This document shows, piece by piece, positions 22,069 through 33,666 of a DNA stretch of 64,000 bases (position 1 is the first letter of the stretch; every line of letters begins with the position of its first letter). The translations under genes were made by a program, and so were the position numbers. Source of the DNA: Emiliania huxleyi CCMP1516 (Eukaryota); contig NW_005202176.1 of NCBI RefSeq assembly GCF_000372725.1, forward strand, positions 291,152-355,151, in the 5' to 3' direction. The notes under the pieces were generated by a model, which saw only the letters and a list, made by a program, of their open reading frames with translations, had not been told where the DNA came from and searched no databases.

Positions 22069-24111
22069 GGGTGCTGTAGCCCTAGGTGCTGCGCCTGCAC
22101 AGCACCTTGTGCAGTGGCAATGACTCCCGGCACTAGTGAGCTTGATGTCCTCAAAATGTCCACAGAGTAGGTACTGGTTGTGCTCAGGATGTGCTCTACA
22201 TCAACAGGGGTGCCCCAACTGAGAGGCTGCATTTAAGGAATGAAACAGCTTTGCAACTGCTGCCCAAGTTTTATTGATGGGCTGCAACTTCCTGCCACCT
22301 TGGACACCTCGACAGCGACACCTTCAGACGCACAAAACACCTTGACAACACTCGACACCCGCTCGAAACCCTCTCGACACCCTCGACACCCTCGACACCA
22401 CTCACCCCCTGGGCTAGGGCTCTCTAGCCCGTAACCCGATGCCAATCATCCGGCCCGCTGGGTGCGCTTCTTAGCTCCCCGGCCCTGGATGTGCGGTTAA
22501 TGACTGCACTCCAAGTGCTCCAAGTACTCCTCGACCACCTCGACACGGACAAGCATGGTCTCAGCCTCGCGACAGGCCTCGACCGCGGCCTCGACACCTC
22601 TATCCCTCGAGCCTCGACAGCAGCTCGACACCCTCGCAAGGAGTGTCTAGAATAGGTTACTATTCATGATTAGTGCTCTGAATAGTGAGGTTGCAAAACT
22701 ATTCAGACCTGAATAGAGGCACTCACAAGCTATTCAACTCATGACTAGAATGACCAGCTCTGACCCTCCATTCATGAATACTATTCAAGATGCATGCGCT
22801 CTCCCGGCGCCCTTCGGCACTCCGCTCTCGATCACTACGGCTAGTTGCTGCCAGCCTGCACCACGTAGCCCTCTCCATAGAAAATTTTCTTTTCACCGCT
22901 GTGCGCGTGCGTCGGAAAATTCTTTTCCCTTCTTGTGTCGACGGCTCTCGCTGCTCCTCTCTCCTTCCTCTCTCCTCTCGCTCGCCCGTCGAGCAACCAA
23001 CCAACAGCGAGGACGCCGGCGCCTCGGACTGCCGATGTGGGTGCTCCTCGCCGTCGCGCCGCCTCGTGCGCCTCGCGGGCCCGCCACCATGAGCCTCGCC
23101 AAATCTCAGCCCTGCAATTATGCCCTGCCCTGCCCTGCCTGCCGCACTGTGCCCTGCCCGCACACTGCCGCATAACTGCCCTGCCCGATCCCCTACCTGC
23201 CCCGGGTGTGAAACCCACACTGCCCTGCCCGACCCAGCGCACACTTCCCGCCCCCTCTACTCAGTGGACACGAGGGGTCGGGCAGGGCAGTGTACCATGC
23301 GGAATCGACCCTATGCCTATCCAGTGCTCACTCAAGTGCTCAAGACTCAAGTCACAAGTGGACGCGACATTGGCCTAAGCACAATATTCTCGAATATCTC
23401 CGAGAATATAGATGGTCCCGCGCACTTTCGTATTCGAGAATATTCTCGAGAATATAGATGCCCCGGCGCGGCTTTTTCTCAAGAATCTATGAGTTTTCTT
23501 CAGCCCTTGACCTTGGTTGACCTCGAGTCTCAAGATATTCTTGAATATTCTCGCCGTTACATCGCGGCGTCTAGAACGGTCTTGACTAGAGCTTCTCGAA
23601 ACAGCTCTTTTGCCCCCTCAAAAGTAGGTTTTGGGTCGATGCAGACGGAAATCTTTAAGTTTTGGACGTTCCTGAGCGGTTTGGGAGCACAAACCTCTAC
23701 TTTAGAGCGATTTTTGGCGTCCGCTGACCTCTCGCGTGGTGAAAATATTCTCAATATTCGAGAATATTCTCGAGAATATAGATGGTCTGGCGAGAATATA
23801 AGCAAAAGAATATAGATAGTACTTGGCGAGAAAAACGTGCTTAGGCTAAACGCGACACTAGCTTGTAGTTTTAGGTTTGTAGTGATACGAGAATACGCAC
23901 CGCCCCCACGCAATACCATTCTACTCGACGAGAATACGATAAAGGAACATCTGCCAATTCTTTTTGCTAAGATTCTTTTTGCTCGATTTCTTTCGCTTTT
24001 TGGGCGAGACACTTTGGCTCTCGCCGCCGTGCGTGTGTGGTTCCGTGCCAGCATCCGCAAACCGTGTGGTTCCGCGCGAGCATCCACTGCGTGGTCCACG
24101 CACGTCCGACG

Positions 24112-27100
24112 ATGATGAATCCCGAAAGTAAACCCTCCCTCTCCTCCTCGCCCTCCGCGCCGCCTCGTCGCACACTCTTCCGTGGCGTTTTGCACGCTTG
24201 CGCCCTCTCCGAGCGACACGCCTCCCCTATGCCGCGCAGTGATGAAGGCGGCGACCGACATGATGTCCAAGATGTCGCCCGAGGAGATGAATCAAATGAT
24301 GGAGGCGCCCGCAGTGCAGCATCGCCGCCTGCCGAAACGGCGCGCTCTCTCACCCTCCAGCCTGTCTGCGTGTGCAGATGACAAAGAAGATGGACCCGTC
24401 GATGATGGCGCAGGCGCAGGCGATGATGAACAACCCCGCGATGGCGGCGCAGGCGCAGCAGGCGATGCAGAACCTCTCCCCTCAAGAGCTCAAGTCGCGC
24501 ATGGCCGGCGCGTCTGCGGCGATGGGAGGAGCGCCCGCCGCGCCAAAGCCGAAGTCTGCGGTGGAGCAGCTCAAGGGGTCTTCGATGGTGATCGACGAGG
24601 AGGTGCTCAGCCACGTCGAGCGCGCCGAGGCGCTCAAGCTCAAGGGCAACACGCACTTCAAGGCGGCCGAGTACGAGGCGGCGATCGGCGAGTACGAGCA
24701 AGGTCGCCTCGCCCGCCACCGCAGCCTCCCCGCATCCATGCCTCCCCGCATCCATGTCTCCCCGCATCCATGCCTCCCCGTATCCGCTGCCTCCCCGTTG
24801 GCATGCCTCCCTTCCTGCACGCCTCCCTGCCGTATGCCTTCCTCCCTCCCTCCCCCTCCCCCTCCCGGCTGCCCTCTGCGGGCGGGAGAGGGGGGCGAGC
24901 GAGCGTGCCCGCAGCCCCGTGCCGACTCCTGAGGGGCGTGTGTGTGCCGAGTGCTGAGGGGCGTGTGCTGCCGCTGCAGGCTGTGCCTTGGCGGAGGAGG
25001 CGATCCGCGAGCTGTCCGGCGTCGACGAGAAGGCGCGGCCGCACCGGCCCGCCGCACGCGATCGGGCGCCTCCGCGCTGTTTCAGAGGCCTGGCCAGGGG
25101 CACCTGCAGGGGGGTACCACCACCCCACTCATGCTCACACGTCTTGCGAGAATGGGGGCGGCTAGGTGCGAGGGGGGGGGGGGGGCTGCTTGAAGAGGAC
25201 CCGCATCTTACCGTGACGCCTCCTCCCACCGCGCCGGCAGGCAGTCATCGAGCTGCTACACGCCTGCCACCTCAACACCGCCTCGTGCCGCCTCAAGCTG
25301 CGGCAGTGGGGCGAGGCGGTCGAGGCGGCGAACACGGTCCTGCGCGACGGGCCGCACCGCAAGGCCCTCTTCCGGCGCGGGCAGGCGTACCAGCAGCTCG
25401 CCCGCCTCGACGAGGCTCGCACCGACCTCAAGAAGGCGCCGCGCCGCCGCCCCGCGCCCGTCCCGCGCCACCGCCCGGGCCCGACGGCCGGAGCCATGAG
25501 GACGGCTCAAGCCCTCCCGGCACGCATGCCTGCAGGCGGCCGCCATGGACCGGTCCGACGCGACGGTCGCCGCCGCGCTCGCCGAGGTCGAAAAGGCTCT
25601 CGGCGTCGAGCCGTCGCCGCCGCCGGCCGCGCCGCCCGCCGCCGCCGCCGCCGCGCGGCCTCCGCCCGGTGGAGTGCCGACGAAGCCCGACGGCTCTCCC
25701 GACTACGCGCAGATGGAGGCGACGGGCCGTCGCCGGGGTGTGCGGCGGCTCTGCCCCCCCGACCGACCGACTTGCGCCGCGCCCCGCCTCAGGCAATGAT
25801 CGACAACATCTCGCCTGAGCAGATGAAGCAGCAGGCGGGCGGCCTCGGGAGAGATGGGGAGAGATGGGGAGAGATGAAGCAGCAGGCGGGCGGGCGGGGA
25901 GAGATGGGGAGAGATGGGGAGAGATGAAGCAGCGGGCGGGCGTGCTGCGAGATATGGCTGCCTCTCTTTGCTGCCCCTCGCGCGCCCAGGGACAGCCGAG
26001 GGACAGCCGAGATGTGACACGCCACAGAGGTGGAGATGCCGCCAGAGTTGAAGCAGCGCGCGGCCGCTGTCGGCCCCCCCGCACGCACCCCCCTCCCCCG
26101 CCCCTCCCCCCCCCCACCTCCCCCCCCCCCTCCCCCCCCCGGCCCAGGCGGAGATGATGCAAAACATGGACCCCGCGCAGCTGGCCGCCATGAACCCGCA
26201 GTTTGCGGGCATGGACCCGGCGCAGGCGAGGGAGCCCTCCCTTCTCTCCGGCCGGAGCCACTCTCCCCCCTTCGGCGCGGCCGAAGCGCCGCCTCGACCC
26301 CTCTCCCCTTCCGCCACCTCGCCCGCAGATCAAGGCGATGTCGTCGATGATGGCCAACATGGACCCCGCGACGATGAAGCAGATGACTAAGATGGCGTCG
26401 CAGATGGGGGCGACCGGAGGCATGCCGGGCATGCCTGGCGCACCGGCCGCGCCAGCCGGCGGCGGCGGGGCCAGCGGCGGCGCGGCTGGCGGCGCGGGCC
26501 CGTCTGCTGCCCCGGCGCTGCCCGGGATGGCCGGGATGGCAGGTGGGGCGCCGGGGCTCGGCGACGGAGTCGACATGATGGTGCGCGCGCGGGCGGGCGG
26601 GGGCGGCAGGAGGCGGCCTTGGACCTCACCCCCGCCCGGCCGCCCTCCCCCTCCTCCTCGCAGGCGAACATGAGCCCGGAGATGATGCAGGCGGGGATGG
26701 ACATGGTCGCGAACATGGACCCGGCGGCCCTCGCAGACATGGCCAAAATGATGGGCATGGATCCCGGACAGGCGCCCCCCGGGGTTTTCCAGGGCCCCGC
26801 CCAACCGGAAGCCGGCTTCCCCCCACCCCACTTCCCCCACCCACCCGGCTTCGGAAGCCACCCCCCCCCCCCCCCCCCTCCCCTCTCGCCCAGCCAGAAG
26901 CGCCGCCACGCGTCGCCGTACCGCCTTCCCTGCCGCGCCGCCCACCCTCCCTGCAGGCGTCAAAGCTGCAGGACACGATGGCAAACATGTCCAAGGAGGA
27001 CCTTGCCAAGTGGACCGGCCGCGCGCAGACGGTCGCCCGCTGGACGGCCAAGCCGCTCGCCCTCTACCGGAAGGTCTCCTCCCTCGTGCCGCCAACCTAC

Positions 27101-27264
27101 CTGCTCGCCGGCTTGGTCGCTCTCTTCGCGCTAATGGTGCCCTCACCAAGCACCGGGCCCGCCCCCCCCTCCACCGCAACCACAACCACAACCACCTCAC
27201 CCCCCCCCCGCCTCCCCCCGCCTCCCTCCTCCAGGTGTACGGCCACCAAACCGACTCCTTCTGA
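24112..27264 (+). CDS. TPR co-chaperone receptor with STI1/DP-like Met-rich repeats and C-terminal TM anchor (OEP61-like)
   Basis: Micro-exon 24112-24127 plus intron 24128-24239 gives MMNPEMMKAATDMMSKMSPEE; TPR clamp AEALKLKGNTHFK, CHLNTASCRLKL, KALFRRGQAY; MDPA repeats; tail YLLAGLVALFALM-VYGHQTDSF*. Confidence 0.85.
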
Positions 27265-27740
27265 CGCGCCCGCCTCGTTGCCGCCGCGCCCCTCTCTCCG
27301 CGGACTGCCCAACACGCGCTGCTGCCCACGTGTATCTCTCTGTCTCTCTTCGTCTCTTGCCTCCTACGCGCCTGCCTCGCCTCTTGCCCCGCGCGCACGC
27401 GGGCGCAATGCCACTTGCACGCTCTACCGCTTGTGTGTCCATGGCACACACGGTCGCTGCGCGCGGCGGTTCGCAAACCGCCAGTGCGCCGCCGCGCGCA
27501 GCTCGGTCGCGGCGGCCCTTGTGAGGGGCTGAGGGCTGTGCAGCCCTCACAAGGTGTGTGCGCGAGAGGCCACACACCGCGGCGACCTCCACACGATGCG
27601 CCGCAATCCCACACACGCCTCGCGCGCGCGCCCGACTATATGGGTTAATATCCGTGAGCTCGCGACCCGCATGATTTTTCCCGCGCCGCTCCAAAGACAG
27701 CCGTACATGGTACAGTGTTGGCACACCATCAAACGCTGGG

Positions 27741-28007
27741 CTACCTCTTTCTATTGACGCCCTTGCGCTTGGCCTTCCGGCTGACACCCGCTGCGTTCTG
27801 CTTATGCTGCCGCCGCTTCACCTTTCGTTTCACCTTTGCGAGTCCTCGCCGAACCTTCTTCTGCGAGTCTCCTCCTGTTCGAGAGCCCATCGCAGCGTCG
27901 CCATCGCCATCGGTCATGGAGGTGCCTGCAAGCGCGTCGACGACCTTGTCGAGCGCCGAAGCCGTCTTGGCCCGTGTGACTTGCTTCTTGGACTTCAACT
28001 TCACCAT
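27741..28007 (-). CDS. Small basic Lys/Arg-rich protein, function unknown
   Basis: 88 aa ORF with ATG start and plausible protein composition; no domain recognised. Confidence 0.45.
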   Translation of the reverse strand: MVKLKSKKQVTRAKTASALDKVVDALAGTSMTDGDGDAAMGSRTGGDSQKKVRRGLAKVKRKVKRRQHKQNAAGVSRKAKRKGVNRKR

Positions 28008-29103
28008 CTGCTGTCGCCTCTACTGGCTGTCACCACGGTCGCTGCAGACCTGTTTTGTTGCCCGAGGAGCGTGCTGTGCAGTATCTGTGCGTGGGCGTCC
28101 TCGCAGTCGCCCAGGCAAGAGCGTGGCTGTCAAAAGCAAGAAATCACGCGGTTCGTCCTCCCATCCCTCCCTTCCAAAATCCTGCTCGTGCAGGTGGGGA
28201 CCCTGTCCTCGTCCCATCCCTCGTTTGGCGTGTCTGTTTTCTTTCTTTCTTTCTTTTCCCTTGGCTTGTCTGTTTTCTTTCTTTCTTTCTTTTCACGAAC
28301 GAATGGTGGAGTCGCGTGCGCTCGGCTTTCTAGTGCCAGGCTGAGCGCGCAGCGCACGTACAGAGAGAGGAGAGGTACGAGCCATTACTCGAGAGAGGAG
28401 TGCGCGAGCGAGCAGGAGCCGAGTCCCGAGCGAGAGGGGTGGGTGGGGGCACGCAGCGTATTTTTCGGTCTCTTCTTTGGGAAAGAATTCTGACCCCGTG
28501 GTCATATGTACGGCCCTCTTCGCTCTTGTGGCGCAAATATAGCCGTCAGACCAAGGAAGGTCTCCCCAAATACGGCGGGGCGCCCTGCCCATGGCAAACA
28601 ACCGGCCGGACCTTGCTCAGCACGACGCGCCGACCGACATCGGTGCTCGCAATGCCCGCCCACCCTGACGACGATGGCACTCGACGTTCCGCACCTTCTT
28701 CATGCTGGAAGCTGAGTTCGTGCGCAAGTTCCCAGGCAAAAGCCTGCCCTTCTTCCAGGAGCTCCGTGACAACTTCACCGCTGACGAGCCGCTCGTCAAA
28801 GTGGCGCTCGACTACGCTGACGTGGTGAAGGGCACCCACCGTCGGGCCGAAGCCCGTAAGGCACTCTCTCCCTAACCCTAGCCTTCTCCCGAACCCTAGT
28901 GTGTTTTGTTGCCTCCGTGCTTTCACACTCGTCTTGTCGTGTCCGTCCACTGTGATTGCGGCCGTCCACGACTACGTCGTCTCTAGAGAACGTATCAACC
29001 CCCTTCTGGTGCCGACCGCGCCCCCGCGGGGCACGGCCGGACGTGGTAGCGTCAACTGGTCACGACCAGCACTTTGGGGGAGTCCCTTCACGCTATCCCA
29101 GAT

Positions 29104-30265
29104 ATGGCCGGCGACTCGCTGGCGGGGAGCCTCGGGGAGGTCCCCGCCAAAGATGTCGCAGTCATCGCAAAAGCCGCTTCTGAAGAAGCCGCAAAGTGGC
29201 TCAAGCGCAACAACGTCGAGGCGGGCGCCGGCACGCTCGCCTATGCCGGCACCCTCCTCAAGATCAGCACCTCCAGCGACCAGAGGACGCGGACCGGCAT
29301 ATTCATCCTCATCGCATCAGGGGGCACCGTTTACATCGAACCCCTCTCAAGCAAGGTCATCGCGAGCGCCACCGACGCGCTGATCAAGCTGTACCTGCAG
29401 TCGGACACCCCGGAGCGTCGCACGAGCATGTCCGAGTACGTTGAGCTCTCTTTCGCCGACAAGATCAAGTTGCCCCAGCAGTTTGGAGGCCCCGCTACCA
29501 CCGTCACCCGCACCCTGGTGGACGACACCGAGCTCAACCGTTTCGTCTCCGTCTCGCACGTGGACAAGCGCGCCCTCGCTGCCATCAACAACGCCGTCTA
29601 CCAGGTCCTCCTCGACAAGATCGTCGTCGGCGAGCGGCCCCGCGAGGAGATCATGCGCCTCGTCGACGGGCTTCCTGGGCTTGCAACCGCAACCACCCTC
29701 CTCGTTGCCCTCTACTCCAAGGTCTCCGGTGCCGACCCCGACCTCCAGGAGCGGGCCTACGAGGAGCTCGCTCGGACGCCCCTCCTCGCCGGCGGCTTCG
29801 GGCGGGAGGCCGAGCAGGTCCTCGCCGAGTTCAAGCAGCTGTGGCACGCCGCTAGCCGTCGGACCGCTGAGACCATCCGACGGCCAATCCAGTCTCACTC
29901 GAACATCCCGCGCGCAGGGTTCCCGGATGGGAGCCGCTGGTCACTCTGACCCTGTCGTCACAACGCGGGAGCACTTGCACGCCCTTTGCGCAGCTCAGGA
30001 GCGTCGAACCGTCACGCGCCATCACGAGCGCCGGCACGTTCTGATCTCGGCCCCCGCCGCGATCATCGTCTTCGACACCGGTGCCACCGAACACATTCAT
30101 CCCAACCAGGCCGACCTCATCAACACCAGGCCGAGCAACGTCACCTTCATCGGCCTCAGCGGGGAGGCAGCCGACGCCTCCGTCGTCGGCGACCTTCCCC
30201 TCGTGCTCACCGACGCCGCCGAGAGGGAGTTTCCATTCCTCCTCCGCGGCGTCCACGCCGCCGCG
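29104..30265 (+). mobile_element. Degenerate Ty1/copia-like LTR retrotransposon remnant (gag-like ORF + aspartic protease)
   Basis: IIVFDTGATEHIHPNQADL...FIGLSGEA...VVGDLPLVL...LRGV is a copia-type protease signature (Asp at 30074), preceded by a 281 aa ORF in another frame; no integrase, RT or LTR pair found. Confidence 0.7.
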
Positions 30266-30404
30266 TCCACCTCCAGAGCGGCGACCGCTGGATGCGCCTC
30301 CCGCCGTCGTCAACTCACAACGGCAGAGGGATTCGCGTCTCCCCCCCCCCACCCCCGCACCTTGTGGACGGTCTACAGCCTCATCTGTCGTCAAGGAGTC
30401 CACC

Positions 30405-32594
30405 ATGCCCCCCAAGAAGTCGCGCGGTAGCAGCACGCTGAGCACGAAGCAGAAGCAAGTCGCAAGCAAGCTGGAAGTGCTTGCCTCCCTCCCCACGAAG
30501 CACGGAGGCCTCTCGCTCCCATGGTATCACCTCACGGGCATCTACGGCGAGGGCTCCTTCTTCGAGGACGTCGAAGGCGGCGACCTGCAGCTTGTCATCG
30601 TCCGTTCGGAGATTTCAGACGCGGCCGAGCACAACCGCGCCGCCCAGCGCTTCAAGATCTTCCTCGAGGCGGCCTGCCTTGGGTGGGACGAGAACAGGAG
30701 GCGATGGCGAGACAGCACGGGTCCAGCGCCTTGGCACGAGTTGACCTTCGAGAGGGAGAAGGCCGTCGAGGGCCGCCTGGTCGCCGATGCGGCCGTTTGG
30801 GCGCTGCGCGAGGTCGCCGCCGGCCGCATCCACACCGTGCAGGGCCCGCGCGCCCGCGAGCCCCAGTTCCGCTCGCCGCACTTCCTCTACGATCTGACCG
30901 CGGAGTCGCTGCGCGCCGCGTGGCTTCCGCTCGATGTGGAGGGGGTGTGCGCCGTCGTCCATTCGTGGGCGCGCAAGGTCAGCTGGAAGAAGCTCGACGA
31001 GAGGATGCTGCGCTGCTCGCCGCTGGGCGAGCACCTGCCGTCGCAAGCGCAGCTGTTCCACTGGCTGCTCACGCAGGCGGTGGGGCGGATGCCGGTGACG
31101 TACGCCGACGAGGCATACGTCGCACTCGCCACCGGCAGCGCGCCCGCCGCGCCCACCGGCAGCCCCGCTTCCGGGGCGCGCTTCGAGGCGGAGGCCGAGC
31201 GCAAGGCCCGGCTCGAGTCGATGGCACGCGAGAAGCCGCTCGCGCTGCTGTGGCGTCCCGACCAGCCGCAGCTCGCCGCCAACCTCGAGGCTGCCCTCGC
31301 CCGCAGCGCGGCGTCGGCGGCGCCGGGGCCGAGCGGGTCCGCGGCGGCGGGCCAAGCGGCGGCCGCGGCTGGGATGCCACGGCAGGCGGCGGTCGAGTGG
31401 GGTCGTGCGCTGTGGCACGAGCACGTGGCTTGCAGCTGGCTCGCCTTCCTTCGCGGCGCGACGCGCTGCCTGCTCACGCCCGAGCACGCGTGCCACGCCG
31501 CCTTCGCCGACGATGACACGTACCCCCTCTGGCGCTACACCAACGACGTGCTCCGGGCGCTTCCCGCCGAGATGCACCTCGTCGCGGCGTGCGCCGACAG
31601 CCCCGAGTGGGCAAACGTCAGCCAGACCTACGCCGAATGGCCGGCCGAGGCGACGCTCAGCCTCGCCGATGCGGCCCGCTCGCTCGCGCTCCATGCGCAG
31701 TGGGGGCCTAGCAAGGGCGCCGCGCCGCGCAAGGCGGCGGGCCTGCTCACGATGAGCGACCTCGGCTGGCGCTGGCGCGACGACAATAACATCTTCTCCC
31801 TCCGCGAGCCGCCGCCGCTCCTCCCGGAGCCGGAGGCGGACGTGCTGGTGCGGCTAGCGCGACCGGCGGACGGCGCGGCGACGGCCCTCCCTGAGGTGAA
31901 GGGGCGGCTCAAGAGAGCTCTCGCTCACGTCGATGCGTGCGTGGCGCTCTTTGACCACGCGCTCCACCTGCACCTGTATCGGTGGGAGTACGACTCCAAG
32001 AGCAAGTGCGACCTTTGCTTCTTCCTGGACCAGCGTGATCGAATCGGGCTCCCAAACTTGCCCGTTTGCGGTTCGCTCCTTCGCGGCGGCCACCGTCTCC
32101 ATCTGGCCATGCCGCAGAAGCACCGCTTCGAGGACGACGGGCCGAGCGCGGCCGGACAGGTGCTGCTCGAAGGAAGTGCCGCTCAGCGGCAGGAGCTGCT
32201 CGCAGCCCTCCGTCAAATCGCGGCCGAACGGGGCGAGGGCGCGCTCGAGGGCATCGTCGGCGACGATCTGCGGATCGCGATGCCGCACTCATCGCAGCAG
32301 CTGGTCAACGAGTGCATGCTCGCCCTGCTCGCCCTGACCAAGTCTGCGCGCGTCTCCAAGCCGGCACAACTCGCGGCGGCGCTGCACCTGTGCAGGCTGC
32401 CGGCCAGCGAGGCAGAGGTTGCGGCGAGGCTCGACGCGCCGAAAGCCACACCGGCCCTGCTCGACGCGGGCTTGCGGCGCCGCCGCTGGCAGCAGCGGCG
32501 CTGCTTCTTCTTGGTCCGCCAGCACGGGCCGAGCAGCCATGTGCTCTGCCGCCTCCCGCGGGAGCTCTTCGAGCACGTGGTGAGCTTCGCGTGA
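30405..32594 (+). CDS. Hypothetical 729 aa intronless protein with C-terminal LPxELxxxVxxF (F-box-like) motif
   Basis: Long ORF, GC3-biased, starts MPPKKSRG, ends HVLCRLPRELFEHVVSFA. Confidence 0.65.
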   Translation: MPPKKSRGSSTLSTKQKQVASKLEVLASLPTKHGGLSLPWYHLTGIYGEGSFFEDVEGGDLQLVIVRSEISDAAEHNRAAQRFKIFLEAACLGWDENRRRWRDSTGPAPWHELTFEREKAVEGRLVADAAVWALREVAAGRIHTVQGPRAREPQFRSPHFLYDLTAESLRAAWLPLDVEGVCAVVHSWARKVSWKKLDERMLRCSPLGEHLPSQAQLFHWLLTQAVGRMPVTYADEAYVALATGSAPAAPTGSPASGARFEAEAERKARLESMAREKPLALLWRPDQPQLAANLEAALARSAASAAPGPSGSAAAGQAAAAAGMPRQAAVEWGRALWHEHVACSWLAFLRGATRCLLTPEHACHAAFADDDTYPLWRYTNDVLRALPAEMHLVAACADSPEWANVSQTYAEWPAEATLSLADAARSLALHAQWGPSKGAAPRKAAGLLTMSDLGWRWRDDNNIFSLREPPPLLPEPEADVLVRLARPADGAATALPEVKGRLKRALAHVDACVALFDHALHLHLYRWEYDSKSKCDLCFFLDQRDRIGLPNLPVCGSLLRGGHRLHLAMPQKHRFEDDGPSAAGQVLLEGSAAQRQELLAALRQIAAERGEGALEGIVGDDLRIAMPHSSQQLVNECMLALLALTKSARVSKPAQLAAALHLCRLPASEAEVAARLDAPKATPALLDAGLRRRRWQQRRCFFLVRQHGPSSHVLCRLPRELFEHVVSFA

Positions 32595-32829
32595 CAGACC
32601 ATTTGGATTTGCGCGTCGAGGTCGATCGGACCGAACGAGAGTGGGCCATGAAACTGAATCAAATTGTCGATTGTGATTTGTGAGTATGTGACGAAGGGTG
32701 TGCCCTCTGAAGACTGAACAAGAATTGTTTCAAGCGGAGCACGACCGCGCGAGCACGCGTCCACATCCCTCTAATTAGTCTCGCTATTCCTTGGAGCCGA
32801 GTTGTGGACGGAGCGCTCGCTGCGGCCCT

Positions 32830-33130
32830 GGCGCTGTCCGGCAACGACTCGCTCCTCTCGATCGTGCAGATGCCGCGCGGCGTGCCGGTTGCGACCGTCG
32901 CGATCCACAACGCCGCCAACGCCGGCCTCCTCGCCGTCCGGACGCTCGGTACGGCTGAGCGGTCGGCCCTGCGCCGCCGGAGAGAGTTCTTTTTCGTTGT
33001 CATCACTCTCTTCTGGCCGACCCGACGCTGCGCCGCAAGATGGCGGCCTACATGGAGTCGCAGGAGGCGGAGGTGCTCGCACGGCAAGGCAGACAAGCTC
33101 GAGAAGGGCGGCTTCCGCGCCTTGCTGTGA
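32830..33130 (+). pseudogene. purE: 3' fragment of phosphoribosylaminoimidazole carboxylase (PurE domain of ADE2-type gene)
   Basis: LSGNDSLLSIVQMPRGVPVATVAIHNAANAGLLAVRTLG then MAAYMESQEAEVL/KADKLEKGG with a frameshift; 5' part absent. Confidence 0.85.
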
Positions 33131-33666
33131 GGCCACGAGGAGGGGAGCGGTGGGCAGCTCCGCTTGAGCTGGGGGCGCAGCGTGATCGAGAACTGGAGGA
33201 TCACGCGGTCGTGAGGCGCATCGGCCGGGGTCGCGCCAACACTGTGCTCCGCCATTGGGTTCTCCTCACCCGTCGCCTCGTCCACGTTCATCCACGCGAG
33301 GAGAGAGCCCGCCTTGGGCGCCACCGAGAGCGGCGCGGCACCCGCGTAAGGGAAGTTGGTGTGGCCCGCCTCTTCCGGCGCGGCGTCCGTGAGATAGACG
33401 ACGATGGTCATGTCGGCGGGAGTCCCGTCGGAGTAGCGGTCGACGTGGGCCGCGGAGGGAGAGGAGCCCGGAGAGTAACGGACGGCAGCCAGTGACTCGA
33501 TGTGCGAGGTATCGACGTGCCAGAGCTTTGCGAGCCGGTCGAGGACCGGGGTTGAGGAGCTGATTTTGAGCTGGGCGCACGCCTTGCCCCTGTTCTTGTT
33601 GAGGACGCGCTGGTTCTCGCACGCGCCAAACTGGGTGGCGTCTGCGAGCCCCCTGAGGTAGGAGAC
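33130..33666 (-). pseudogene. Prolyl 4-hydroxylase-like 2OG-Fe(II) oxygenase exon
   Basis: VRYSPG...AHVD...MTIVVYLTD...GHTNFP...VAPKAGSLLAWMN...AEHSV (HxD...H); splice acceptor at 33667-33668; no upstream exon or clean stop recognised. Confidence 0.65.

Noticed and set aside
28870..28900. Telomeric repeat (CCCTAACCCTAG)
   Set aside because: Only two or three degenerate units.
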